A DNA stretch of 64,000 nt. It comes from the human T2T-CHM13v2.0 reference genome, Homo sapiens. Position numbers and translations under genes: made by a program. This document shows positions 47,578 through 64,000 of this stretch, in pieces (within the stretch, counting starts at the first letter, position 1; every line of letters starts with the position of its first letter). Under the pieces are notes generated by a model. It did no database searches, had not been told where the DNA came from, and was given only the letters and a program-made list of their open reading frames with translations. The DNA lies in the NCBI RefSeq assembly GCF_009914755.1, contig NC_060927.1, one strand, 5' to 3'.

Positions 47578-48030
47578 TGTCAGGCCTCTGAGCCCAAGCC
47601 AAGCCATCGCATCCCCTGTGACTTGCACGTATACGCCCAGATGGCCTGAAGTAACTGAAGAATCACAAAAGAAGTGAATATGCCCTGCCCCACCTTAACT
47701 GATGACATTCCACCACAAAAGAAATGTAAATGGCCGGTCTTTGCCTTAACTGATGACATTACCTTGTGAAAGTCCTTCTCCTGGCTCATCCTGGCTCAAA
47801 AAGCACCCCCACTGAGCACCTTGCGACCCCCACTCCTGCCTGCCAGAGAACAAACCCCCTTTGACTGTAATTTTCCTTTACCTACCCAAATCCTATAAAA
47901 CGGCCCCACACTTATCTCCCTTCGCTGACTCTCTTTTCGGACTCAGCCCGCCTGCACCCGGGTGAAATAAACAGCCATGTTGCTCACACAAAGCCTGTTT
48001 GGTGGTCTCTTCACATGGACGCGCATGAAA
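47578..48030 (+). mobile_element. Solo LTR7 (HERV-H long terminal repeat)
   Basis: Begins TGTCAGGCCTCTGAGCCCAAG, ends GCGCATGAAA; 5-bp TSD GTCAT at 47573-47577 and 48031-48035; TATAAAA 47894-47900; AATAAA 47966-47971. Confidence 0.93.
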
Positions 48031-48368
48031 GTCATACTCTTTCTATATACTGTGTACCTCAGGGTAACCAAATAATTCATTAAGAAGTTCCTGTTTATAG
48101 AGAAGTATGCCAGCTAATAAAGAAAGGAAGATGGAATTAGAATATTACTATTATGCAACACTGATTAGTTTATGAATCTAGGAAACCATCATCAGTAGCT
48201 GATAACATCCCCAGTTAAGGGACAACTATAAATTATGTACTCCCTGACAGAAGTGCCCAGTACCACATTTGAAGCAGTCTTGAAAAAAAAAAAATCTGAA
48301 TTAGATCAAACTTTTAGATGTAACTACTAGTTATAGGAAATAAAAGCAGAGAGAAAGAAACATGTTTT

Positions 48369-48730
48369 AGCGATCCCCAACATTTTTGGCACCAGGGACC
48401 GGTTTCACGGAAGACATTTTTTCTACAAAAACTTGGGAAAGGGGGGTGGTTTCTGGATGAAACTATTCTACCTCAGATCATCAGGCATAAATTCTGATAA
48501 GGAACGTGCAACCTAGACCCCTCACATGCACAGTTCACAATAGGATTTGCGCTCGTATGAGAATCTGTTGCCGCCACTGATCTGACAGGAGGCAGAGCTC
48601 AGGAGATAATGCTTGCTTGCCTGCTGCTCACTTCCTGCTGTGCAGCCCAGTTCCTGACAGACCACCTAACAGGCTCACCTCCTGCTGTGTGGCCCATGGG
48701 GGGGTGTGTGGGGGATGTTGGGGACCCCTG
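48369..48730 (+). mobile_element. MER1B-like hAT-Charlie element
   Basis: TCCCCAAC..TTTGGCACCAGGGACCGGTTTC...GTTGGGGACCCCTG terminal inverted repeats. Confidence 0.8.
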
Positions 48731-49096
48731 TGTTAAATGATACCATACGATAAAAAGTAAAATCAAGACATGGGAAATTTCTACAGGACCAATGACTCTT
48801 GCAACAGAAAAATTGCAAGTAAACAATCTTAGGAAACATATAAATTGATTGTAATATGTGTAATTGTTTGGATACTGATCCAAACAACAGACCTAAAAAG
48901 TCAGTTGGGGAAATGTGAACATTGATTGGCTATTTGATAACTTTAAAGAGTTATGATGTGTGTTATTATTATTTTAAGGTGTGATAATTGTGGGCATTTT
49001 TAAAGAAGTCCTTATCTTTTAAAGGTATATACTAAAGTATTTTTGGAGATAATGATGAGGTTAGATATTTCTATTTCTGTCAAATGATCATTTTCA

Positions 49097-49462
<366 letters not shown>

Positions 49463-50400
49463 TTAGAATGGAATCCCACTTATGCTCTGGTGTCAGATAA
49501 CAGACCGATGTGATTGCATCCAGATAGACTCTTCTAAACCTCCTCCTGGGAGTGGTGCCCCTCTTTGTGCTCACACATCTTCCGGGAATGTCCCTAGCAC
49601 CTTTCATGTTGTATTGCGTGTATTTCTCTCGAACAGAGCTTAACTTTCTTGAAGGCAAGCACTGTCTCTACATTTCTATCAGCTAGAACAATGCCGGCAA
49701 TACAGTGAAATCGATGCATTTTCTATTGAATAAAATGGAACTGAAAATTACATTCCATTCCATAATTGTAGAACTGAAAGAACTTTGCAGGTGATCCTAT
49801 TTAAATCTTTCAAATTTACATTTGAATAACCTGTTCACAGTCACACTGCAAGTGGTAGCAAAGTCACTAGTCTTCACTGGTCCTTCTTGATGTGTAAAAA
49901 TAGTCAAAAAATCCACATAATGAAATATTTTATATCATTAAAATTATGTTTATAAAACCCTTGTAATGCTAAGAGAACAAACTCCGATTATGAAATTAAA
50001 ATAACATTTATTTGCTATGATCTCAACCGTATTTAAAATATATATTATATGTATACAGATGAAAATGGAAGAATTATATAAAAATATAAGAGCGATTGCT
50101 TATAGAACTATGGATAATTAGTATTTTTTGCTACCTTTCTATATTTTTCAAATATTCTAAAGTGAACATCGAACATTCTTATAAGAACTTTTTTAAAAAT
50201 TAAAAATCACCCAAGGTACTCCAGAAATGTATAATTGATACAACCCAACTAAATTACTATCAGGATTGTCAATAATCATCCAATTAAGGCAGGACAAAAT
50301 TCCGTAAACCAATTGGAGGTAGGAGAAGGGGTTTATTTGTTTCCTGGCATGATGCCTAGAAATGATATATGAGCGGTTTCCTTGGGAGTTCCTGCCTTCA

Positions 50401-50790
<390 letters not shown>

Positions 50791-51262
50791 TCAATCTGAT
50801 ATGTCGAGGTTGGAAGGAGAGAAGGGCTTTTTAATTCAACTTCAGATTAATGAAATTGATTATCATTTTTGTACAAGTCAGTTAGTAAGCTTTACACATC
50901 TACAAAAACTATTCAGAATGTTGAGACTCCTCAGCCTAATCTTCTGTTGGCTGGAGGTGTGTCATTTGTCCCAAGAGTTAGGTGCTATAAACTCTGACCA
51001 CCCAAAGCAGATAAGTTGAATTGTTTTGGATGTGAAGGATAACACTGTTTTGGATTTTCCATGACCAAAATTAATGATTACCAATTATAGAATAAAAATA
51101 TATATTTTACATAAATATTTTATGTAATATACAAAATGACATTTATAGAGAGTTTCCTATCTGTTCTTCTGAGTGTATGTCTATTAACTGATTTAATCCC
51201 TATACCAACTTTAATAACTATTGTTCCCATTTTACAGAAGGGAGCAGGGACAGACAGTGAGT

Positions 51263-51578
51263 ATTTTCTTTTTTTCTTTTTCTTTTTTTGAGATGGAGTC
51301 TCATTCTGTTGCCTAGGCTGGAGTGCAGTGGCATGATCTTGGCTAACTGCAACCTCTGCCTCCCAGGTTCAAGTGATTCTTCTGTCGCAGCCTCCCAGTA
51401 GCTGGGATTACAGGCACTCGCCACCACGCCATTCTCATTTTTGTACTTTTTTTTTTTTTAGTAGAGATGGGGTTTCGCCATGTTGACCAGGCTAGTCTCG
51501 AACTCCTGACCTAAGTGATCTGCCTGCCTCGGCCTCCCAAAATGCTGGGAATACAGGCATGAGCCACCGCGCCCAGCC
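51263..51578 (-). mobile_element. Alu (S-like), inserted in a MIR
   Basis: Reverse dimer; MIR core on both sides. Confidence 0.9.
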
Positions 51579-51616
51579 AAGTTGAGTAACTTTCAAAGGT
51601 CACACAGCTAATGTAT

Positions 51617-51725
51617 GCACTGTGTACTCACAAAAAAACAGCTTTTTATAAGGGCCTCCAATTCTTGTAATACCTTGTTCAAAAAGTATTATACCTCTGA
51701 GTCACCGCTAGGAAAAAAAAAAGTG
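51617..51725 (-). pseudogene. Degenerate partial duplicate of the CP exon 7 5' half plus its acceptor region
   Basis: Aligns by eye to about 52928-53029 (CTGTGTACTCAC..CAGCTTTTTATAAG.GCCTCCAATTCTTGT..TACCTTGTTCAAAAA..CTGAGTCAC..AAAAAAGTG). Confidence 0.9.
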
Positions 51726-51876
51726 AAGAACCAGGACAATCTGAATCCATACTCTGTTTGCTCACCCACTGTTATTCTGCCTGCGTGCCTTGGCGAGAAC
51801 AGGTCTCTGGACTCTGGCTGGGGGCAGCCTGCGGAGGGCTCTAGGACAGATCCTGCTTGTTTCATTAGTAGCCTGG

Positions 51877-52189
<313 letters not shown>

Positions 52190-52347
52190 CTAGCCTGGGT
52201 TTTATTTCTAAGGGAACACATCTTTAACTAAGTGCAGAGGCTCACAACTTAGTTATCTATTTAAACCAAGTCACATAAACACACAACACACAATTCCCCT
52301 TACCTCTTTGAAGAAAAAAATAACCATTTGAAGTCAGGTCAGCATGG

Positions 52348-52663
52348 GTTTTTGTTTGTTTGTTTGTTTTGTTTTTTGAGATGTAGTCTCGCTCTGTCTC
52401 CCAGGCTGGAGTGCAGTGGCACGATCTTGACTCACTGCAACCTCCGCCTCCCGGGTTCAAGCGATTCTCATGCCTCAGCATCGAGGCACAAGAAACTGGG
52501 ATTACAGGTACGTGCCACCACGCCCTGCTAATTTTTGTATTTTTAGTAAAGATGGGGTTTCACCATGTTGTCCAAGCTGGTCTCAAACTCCTTACCCAAG
52601 TGATCTGCCCGCCTCAGCCTCCCAAAGTGCTGAGATTACAGGGGTGAGCTACCACTCCCGGCC
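52348..52663 (-). mobile_element. Alu (S-like)
   Basis: Reverse dimer with a (GTTT)n tail. Confidence 0.92.
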
Positions 52664-52766
52664 GTCAGCAGGGCTTTTAATGATGAAAATTTACCATTGG
52701 TAATTTACATTTGGAAAAGTACTTAGCTGCTGCATTTTATTGTTTTATCTTCCACACGCCTACTTA

Positions 52767-53030
<264 letters not shown>

Positions 53031-53345
53031 TTAATGCTGGGGTTGAAGTAGAACAGAAAGCAGGTATTCACTTAAGGTGCTAATTGAAGAGAAAAATTCT
53101 GACCAGTGCTTAGAGATGAATATTATCCATGATTTATAGCAATCCGTACCAGTTACTCAAACAAAGCAGACAGTTCCAGTCCACTCATAGAAGGATGGTC
53201 AGTTAAGAAGTAGAGAATCATGGAGGATGTTTATTTTTTCAAGTGAAGAGAAAATTTTCAGAAGGGCCCCTTCAACCCCTTGACAAAGGATTCTACCATA
53301 GAATCTTTTTATCAAATTGTGAAATGTTTAAAAACACAGTGGCTA

Positions 53346-53975
<630 letters not shown>

Positions 53976-54025
53976 CCAGTGGCTACTCTTTATTGTGTAT
54001 TAGCACTGGCCAGCTGCTCGGGAGC

Positions 54026-54348
<323 letters not shown>

Positions 54349-55632
54349 TAGCTGAAACTCACATGACATCGCAACAAAGTTGGTATTATTCTCCCTATTT
54401 TGCAAACGAAGAAATTAAATTTCAGAAAGGTAATTATTTGACTTGCGCAAAGCCACCTCATTCATCATTTCTTTCACTTGACAAATGCATCAAACACCTG
54501 CTCTTTGCTGGGAATCCTGCTATGTGTTGATGACTTAACCATAAGCAAGGTGGACTCTTCCTTGTCCACGTGGACCTTACATCTGGCAGAGAAGACAGGC
54601 CATGAACCCATCAATATAATACAGTGTAATAAGCACAGGGTATTATGGAGCATTTCTTTGAGGTTGGGGAAAGTGCAGTGAAGAGGCCACAAAGACATTC
54701 CAGAGGAAGTGATTACTCAAAACTACCTAAAGGGGAAGTAGAGTTAGCAAGATGAAGTGTGTGTGTAGCGCAGAGACTAGGGCAGGTGTATACAAAGAGG
54801 AAACTGCTTATGAGCAGGCTTAGAAAAAAGAGCGAGCATGCCATGTTCTAGAAAATATGGCAGAAGCATAGCATGCAAGACAGGGCAGAGGAGTGAAGAA
54901 TGAGGCTTAGATAGATGGGAGATAAGCAGTAGGACCTAGTTAAGGTTTCAGCCTTCCATCCCAGGGCAGTGAGAAGCATTTGAAAGATTTAAGCATTCAG
55001 GATTAGCATTTTAGGAGGATCCCTCTGGCAGATGTTTGGAGAATGTGTTGGAAAATACAAGACTGCAGTAGGGAGACCAGTCAGGAGCCTGCTTTTCTAA
55101 TCTCAGTGAGAGGCAGAGATGAGTTCATAGGTATTGGCAAAGAAGATGGAGAGAAGTAGACAGCCTTCAGAGATAGTTTCTATAAAACAAGGCAGTACTT
55201 GATGAGGAGAGGAGTTTGAATAGCCTCATCCATGTGGGGGTGTCACTAAGAAGTTTGAAATGCAATCTGAAATTCACTAGATCCTCCTGAGTTGGAGACG
55301 CAGCGTTGGGAGTAATCACATGTAGGTGTCAGTGTAGCATGGGACTTAAATCTCTGCTTCAGGAGTCACAGGTCTGGGCTGAGCAAGTCCTAGCTATCCA
55401 TTTATTGTGTGATGTTGGATGAATTACTTAACCTTTCCAAGGAGGGTATTTTTAATATGGATGGCAAACAGGGCTTCTCTGAGGAAGTGATATATGAGTA
55501 AAGACTTGGAGCAGGGGAGTGGCATCATCTCATTGACATTTTTGAAAGATCACAGTACTGCTTTGTAAAAAATCGATAGTAGAAAAGGAAGACAAACAGA
55601 AAGAATGACTGGGAGGCTGTGGAAGTCATTCA

Positions 55633-56650
55633 GACATGTACAAAGAGTAGCTTGTGTACATCAAAGGACACTATCAAGAAAGTGAAAGACAACCTATAGA
55701 ATGCCAGAAAATATTTGCAAATAACTGATAAGGAATTAATATCCTGAATATATAAAGAACTCCTACAGGTCAACAACAACAACAACACAAATCCCACTTC
55801 AAAAATGGCTGAAGGACTTAAATAGACATTTATCTGAAGAAGATACACAAATGACCAAAAAGTACATGAAAAGATCCTCAACATTACTAGTCATTAAGAA
55901 AATGCAAATCAAAACCACTATGAAATATCACTTATGCTCATTAGGATGGTTATTATTAAAAAAAAAAACAAAACAGAAAATAACAAGTGTTGATGAGAAT
56001 GTGAAGAAATTGAAACCCCTGTACATTGCTGATGAGCCTGTAAAATGGTGCAGTTGCTATGGAGAACAGTAATGTGGTTCCTCAAAAAATTAAAAATAGA
56101 ATTACCATTTCTATTAATTATTTTGCATATCCAGCTAGAAGCGGAATCGCTTCTAGCTGGATATGCAAAATAATTAAAAGCAGAGATTTGAACAGTGATA
56201 TTTGTATAACAATTGTTCATAGCAACATTAGTCACAATAGCCAAAAGGTGGAAATGACCCAAATGTTTATCAACAGATGAATGAATAAACAAAATATGGT
56301 ATATACATACAATGAAGCATTATTCAGCCTTAAAGAGGAATGAAATTCTGATGCATGCTACAACATGAACAAATCTTAAAACATTATGCTAAGTGATATA
56401 AAAGACACAAAAGAACCAATATTGTATGATTCCACTTGTATGAGTTGCCTAGAATAGGAAAACTCATAGAGACAGAAAGTAGAATCGAGCTTATCAGGGG
56501 GTGGAGAAAGAGTGGAAGAAGGTTGTTATTGTTTAAAGGGTTCAGAGTTTTCATTTGGGATGATAAAAAAAAAGTTCTGGAAATGGATAGTGGTGACGGC
56601 TATGCAATAGTGTAACTGTACTTAATGCTGCTGAATCGTACAGTGCCACG
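55633..56650 (+). mobile_element. L1 (L1MB/L1MA-type) 3' end
   Basis: ATGCAAATCAAAACCAC, CCAAATGTTTATCAACAGATGAATGAATAAACAAAAT, GTTCTGGAAATGGATAGTGGTGA. Confidence 0.85.
56114..56177. repeat. Perfect inverted repeat, 30-bp arms with a 4-nt loop
   Basis: TTAATTATTTTGCATATCCAGCTAGAAGCG-GAAT-CGCTTCTAGCTGGATATGCAAAATAATTAA. Confidence 0.97.
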
Positions 56651-56935
56651 TTTTCTGAAATGGGAAGCAAATTAATTGATTTATCTAATAGTATTCAGTG
56701 TTTTCTTAGGACTTTGTCAAGCATTTGATAACTTTTGAACCCATCTTTTTTCATGGACTCAAAACTCATAGTTCTCAAGCTCAGACTCTTACATCAAATA
56801 CCTTAATAAATATTTAGCAGTCTAGTTACTCAATTTCAGATACCAATTAAAATTTTAATTGCTGAATTAGCCTTTTGTAGTTCCTTTGTGCGGGGGAGAG
56901 CATATTTTGAAATAGTACTCTTTTTTTGTAAATTA

Positions 56936-57160
<225 letters not shown>

Positions 57161-58051
57161 CTATTGCCCTGTAAACACTGCTCGGGTGATGACAAGTAGA
57201 AATTGAAGGAATAGACAGATAGCAACAGTACTATAAACTAGGGCAGACAGCTGTAAATAAATTAATGATGGAAAACTCAAGTTTAAAACAGATATACTTT
57301 GTTTTTTATGTACATACAGCATAGAGATATTAAGCATATATGTTTTCAAAATATGGTACCAGTTTCTGTGGGGTTTCACTTGGTAGTTCTTTCAATGAGA
57401 GAAAAAGAACAAATCTGTAGATAAGCAGAGAAGAGAGGCTTTGACATATTTTAAGGGGTTGCATTGGGTGGAGGAGGAGGTACAAGGAGGAGGTACCAAA
57501 TGAGCTTATATTATTGCTGTCTTGTACAAGATGGTTGTGCATCTGCTGTGCTGGGCCTTCTGTGGCCCAGAGCATATTTGATAAAAGCAATTATATTTGC
57601 ACGTCAAAGTAAAATATCTGAACTCCTATGTTAAACTTAATTTATTCAGTAGACCAATATTAAAAACTAATATTTTTCAAGAACAAGGAATGTTTTTATT
57701 GCCTAAGTTAAAGAGATAAAGGAAGGATTTATCGAGTTAAACTAAGGGATGGCCAGGCTCAAATAAAGAACAAAGTTAATTATACTTGACAGAAATAAGT
57801 CGAAAAACAGGGTGCTTTCCAGTGCAACATACAATTTTTCTGGATGTTACAACACTGGTATATTTTACAAAGCTGAGTAAGTATATATAGTACTATACTT
57901 TCAGGGCCAGTTGTTCTTTCCAAAAACTAATATATTTTCAAATTTCATTACTTTATAATATTCCTGTCTTACAGTCTTTTTTTATTACATTATTATATAT
58001 ACCATCATAGGGATAAAACTAAGATGCCAGTTCAAAGCTCAGATTATTTCA

Positions 58052-58393
<342 letters not shown>

Positions 58394-59929
58394 TCAAGAG
58401 CAGAGTTTGTGACTAAGAGTCATTAATGCTTGAGATAGTGAGAGTTACCTCTATATAAATAGAATCAATTTGGAATGGCAAATATCTGGCACACATGCTG
58501 GTATTCCTGCCCCCTATACTCATGTCAGACATTGCTAATCAATCACAGCACTCTTTCATTTTGGAACTGAATTCAGCCTGAGGATTCTTATCAATACCAT
58601 ATTAACAGATGAACACAATACTGAAGATAAAACCTATTTGCTGTCTTTGTTATAAACTGTACACATTGTGTGTGTGTGTAAATACAGAGGTGTGCATATA
58701 TACATACATATAAACAAAACACACATAGAATTAATAGAAAAAAGATTGAATATTAGTATTCAATCAGTTATTCATCATGTTGGTAGTATGGATGTTTTTG
58801 CTTGTCAGAAAATTTCCAATTTTCTACCATAAATTTATTTTGTAAAAAGTACATAAGAATAGCTTTTTTTTAAAGATTGCAAGACAAAATTTTTAAGATT
58901 GGAAGAGATATGAAGGAGGGAAAAAATGTAGAAGGGCAGCAGGGACAGAGCCACAAAGACCTAAAAGTTCATAGGCAAGGTGGCCTGAAACCCTCAGAAG
59001 AAACTTATGGTCACTGTTCAAACTGGGTGGCCCTAAAAATTTCCCAAGTGGAAATTAGTTCTGGGAAGAATCCTGAGTGCACCACATGTAACACTGGTAC
59101 CAAATCAAACCTGCTCAGGCTAGAATTTTGAGTATCTTTTTATAACAACTATTTTTGTTAGTACACAACAGAGACAGGATTAAAGTATGGAAAGAGGACC
59201 TTCCACCCAGATATAAGTAAAAGTTGGAAACAAAATCTGTACTTTGTTAACTAGTTTATTTTTCTACTTTGGTAGTATCGTTATTTTTGTGCTCTCGGTT
59301 TCTGAGTACAGGTTATTTTGAAGAAGTTAAACACAAACAAATAAACGAAAATATCTACTTATTGGTCTAGTTGTTGTTAAGGGACTCTGTTTCTCATGCA
59401 AATTATGAGAAATAGATAATCTTACTAAGCTCATTATTTTGTGTCTGAGAATTAAGAAAAAGTCTAAACTGTAAAAAAAGCATTTCTAGAAAAGTAAAGT
59501 GAACTGAAATGTAGAAACGAATGATGCAGACTAAGGGGCCCAGTGAGGGCAACATAGTATGTAAAACGAATACCTTTCAGAACTCGTGGTTTGAACTATT
59601 TTCTTAAATATAGTTAGATGCTTTAAAATATAATATGGTTTTAAGCATTTAGTTTAATAATTTGGAGCTGCCTCAAATAATTTTTAGAATGAGTCTAGTG
59701 GATAAATAAATATATTAATGTCACATACATATGCATTAAACCATAATTGATGCTTTATCCTTACCAGTTGGGGAACAAGTTTGGTGTATCTGGCTTTACC
59801 TGGCTTAGAGTTTTTATTCTGACTTACTTAGCTGAATATCAAATTGCACATCCAATATGCTTTGTTATAAGGACCACAGACTAGACACACAGTACTTATT
59901 TATGTGAGGGAATAAGCTTAGCAGAATTA

Positions 59930-60190
<261 letters not shown>

Positions 60191-60846
60191 TTAGCATGTA
60201 TTTTGATTTATGTTTTCAGGTGATTTATAGTTTTTAAAAATGTTAGTATTTATTTTTTCGAATAAATCACAAGTCTGGACCAGTCACTCCTGTTTTACAG
60301 ACAGAAACACTCAGGGAATTTTTATGATCAGTATCTGGTGCTTGGAAGACACTCCTGTGTCTGGATGTCCACTGACCACATAACTATTAAATGCTTTTTG
60401 GCAAATGGGAAGATTGGAATTCAAAGTTGTGCGTCTATTTTCTGGTGCATATAGCCACAAACAGAGACAAGTCTTTACAGGTAACGATTGTTCAAGTTAG
60501 AATTGTATTTCAGGCTCTTGAGCTCCGTTGTCTTTTTCATGATGTTAGAAATAAATACTATGATATTATGTTTACCAATATAGTATGAGTAACTACAGAT
60601 CTATCACCGTGGAGTGCCCTTTTGGTAGTCACATTTGGTAAAGTCATATGTCTCTTCAGCACCACTGTTGGAAGTTAGATACAGCAAACTGAACCCTGAG
60701 AGAATATATTTCTTTCACATTACCTTCATTGGCATTTTCCCCGTAGGAATGCTTGTTCTATTTATCCCTTCTTCTCCTAGTCCTGCCTGGCTCTTCCCTT
60801 CCTTTTTTTCTACTTACCACCTCTCTACCTTACCTGCTCAATCTCA

Positions 60847-61194
<348 letters not shown>

Positions 61195-62059
61195 TTAAAT
61201 GAGAGAATAGATAGTCCATTAATTCATTCAGCAAACATTTATTAAACATCTACTATGTGATCCTTGGGGATGTGTTATCCTATTTGGACACAGGAAAATG
61301 AAAGGCTAATGGCTAGGGTGTGTAGAAGCTTCACAGACATTTTTATTATTTTTTTATATTTGATTGGGTTTTCAGAGAGCATAATGACTTTTTGTTTGCA
61401 ATGTAAAGAACTCGGGTCATGGTATGGGAGTCTGAGCAAAAAGGCTACCCTCTTCTAAATTCAAAACTTCTTATATGATCTCAGATTTTTGCCCACGAAG
61501 TAACCATAAAATTAAAAACATTTCTACTCTCAATTTTGGAAATTTCCAAACACACACAAAGGTTGAGAGAAGAAAATGCTGAACCTCTGTGTACCCATCA
61601 AACCAGCTTTAACAATGATCGACTCAAGGCCAACCTTGTTTCATCTGTACCCCCACACACTCTTATCCCCAGTATCATCAAATTATTTTAAAGCACGTCT
61701 CAGACATCATATTCCATTCATAAATACTTGAGTATGTATCTCTAAAAGATAGGAACCCTTTTTTTCTTCTAACAAAACCACAGTTCCATTACCATACCTT
61801 TAAAATGAATGGTAATTCCCTAGTAAGCCATGAAATCATTAAAAAGAAATAGGATGGCAGTCAGCCTTTTATGCTATGAATGTAATTTATCCCTAAACAA
61901 CAACAAAAACAAAAAAAGTCAACACATTCACTTTCTAAACCAATATCTCTTTTAATAAGACAACTAATAATGAATCAAATCTAATTTTAAATTAATTTCC
62001 CTATTCGATCATTATAATTTCAATGAACTGTAGCATGACTTCAGCATTTTTGCTTATGA

Positions 62060-62240
62060 TAGCAGCTGATAGTTATTGAGGTATTACTATGTATTCTTAT
62101 TATCTCTATTTTATAGATGAGGAAACTGAAGCTGAAAGAACTTAAGTAATTTGTCCAAGGTCACTCAAACAGTGAAAGGCAAGGCTGGGGCTCAGACCTT
62201 TGTCTATTAATTTCAAAGCCCTTGCTTTTCATCACTACAA
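62060..62240. mobile_element. MIR
   Basis: TTTTATAGATGAGGAAACTGAAGCT..TTAAGTAATTTGTCCAAGGTCAC. Confidence 0.8.
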
Positions 62241-62780
62241 AATACCACCTTTTTTACCATCATTGTTAAGGACTAAGAATGAGATCACAGGCACCAAACC
62301 TTATCTTTGTTTTTCAGGTACTATTTTCAAGGCTTCCAAGTCCTACATTCAAATGACTTTTTCAGTTAATTGTGTCTCATATGTGACTACAGTCATCCAG
62401 GCATATGTACCATTTGACTGACATGAGACTACTTATGCCACCTTAGCTGGGGCAGAGTTTATATAAAGTTAGGATGGGAGGTAACAACAGCACAGTATGT
62501 TTACATGTAGGAACTTCAAAGATAAGGCAATCCACATCTTGAGTCCTTCTTTCTCTTCCCTCTGGATTTTGCCTCTTCTAGGCTCTGATGCACTTTGTCC
62601 ATTTCTCTTATTCTATTTGGCCAGAAAGGACTGGGCTCTGGGAAAGAAGCTCCAGCTCTCTCTGACTCTCACTGAGTCCACCTAGAAATTCTCTCACATT
62701 CACACTTTCCACGAAAGAGCACAACCAAGAGAAACATGCCATTATTATATGGAAACAAAGTACCTATTAATAAAATAGTT

Positions 62781-63160
<380 letters not shown>

Positions 63161-63163
63161 CTA

Positions 63164-63490
<327 letters not shown>

Positions 63491-64000
63491 CTATCAGAAG
63501 CCATCATTTCTAGGGATGACATTATCATTATAATTTAATAACATTATAATTAGAGAAATTAATGAGCACATCACATTGAATGTTTGCCTGTTGTAGGGAT
63601 GCCTCCAAAATTGAAGTGGAGGGCTGGTAGTTAGCCCTGTTATTTTAATGATGTGAGGCTTTCCATATCAGGTATATGTCAGAGAACCATCTGCGAAGGC
63701 ATCATAGAAATGTAGTGCATCTTACTGAAGTATTTTCTCCATGATTTTTATATTAAGACACAGGCATATTATGTAATGGAATAGAATACAAAATTAAGTT
63801 GAAATATTAAAATAAAGCAGTTAATTAAGACATTTTTTCACTTCTACCTCTCTTAGCTACTGGAAAAATTTGAGTTTATAATTAATCAATCTGGATATTT
63901 GAGACTTCAAAGTATGTGTGTGTATATTTATATATTTTTTTCCTTAAAGTAAGATTAATAAAGCTAAATTAATTCTTTTTAATTTCTTTTAACAGCACTA

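Overview
Human genomic DNA (primate Alus, HERV-H LTR), recognisable as the tail-to-tail HPS3 / CP (ceruloplasmin) locus. The + strand carries HPS3 coding exons 6-17 (stop TAA at 22963-22965). The - strand carries CP coding exons 2-19 (exon 1 is outside the window; the secreted-form stop is at 24461-24463). All exon boundaries were read by eye as GT-AG junctions that keep the reading frame. The two genes overlap and interleave. Their 3'UTRs overlap, and the alternative GPI-anchor exon of CP (16687-16791) lies inside HPS3 intron 14. Its inferred downstream acceptor is the reverse complement of the HPS3 exon 13 donor. Other notable items are the CP GAIT element, a latent 89-nt MIR-derived HPS3 pseudoexon, a degenerate partial duplicate of CP exon 7, an intact solo LTR7 antisense to CP, and a perfect 30-bp-arm hairpin inside an old L1. 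I found no wholly new gene system. The least-described items are the hairpin, the exon-7 duplicate and the mirrored splice site. Repeat family names and boundaries are approximate, from recalled consensus sequences.
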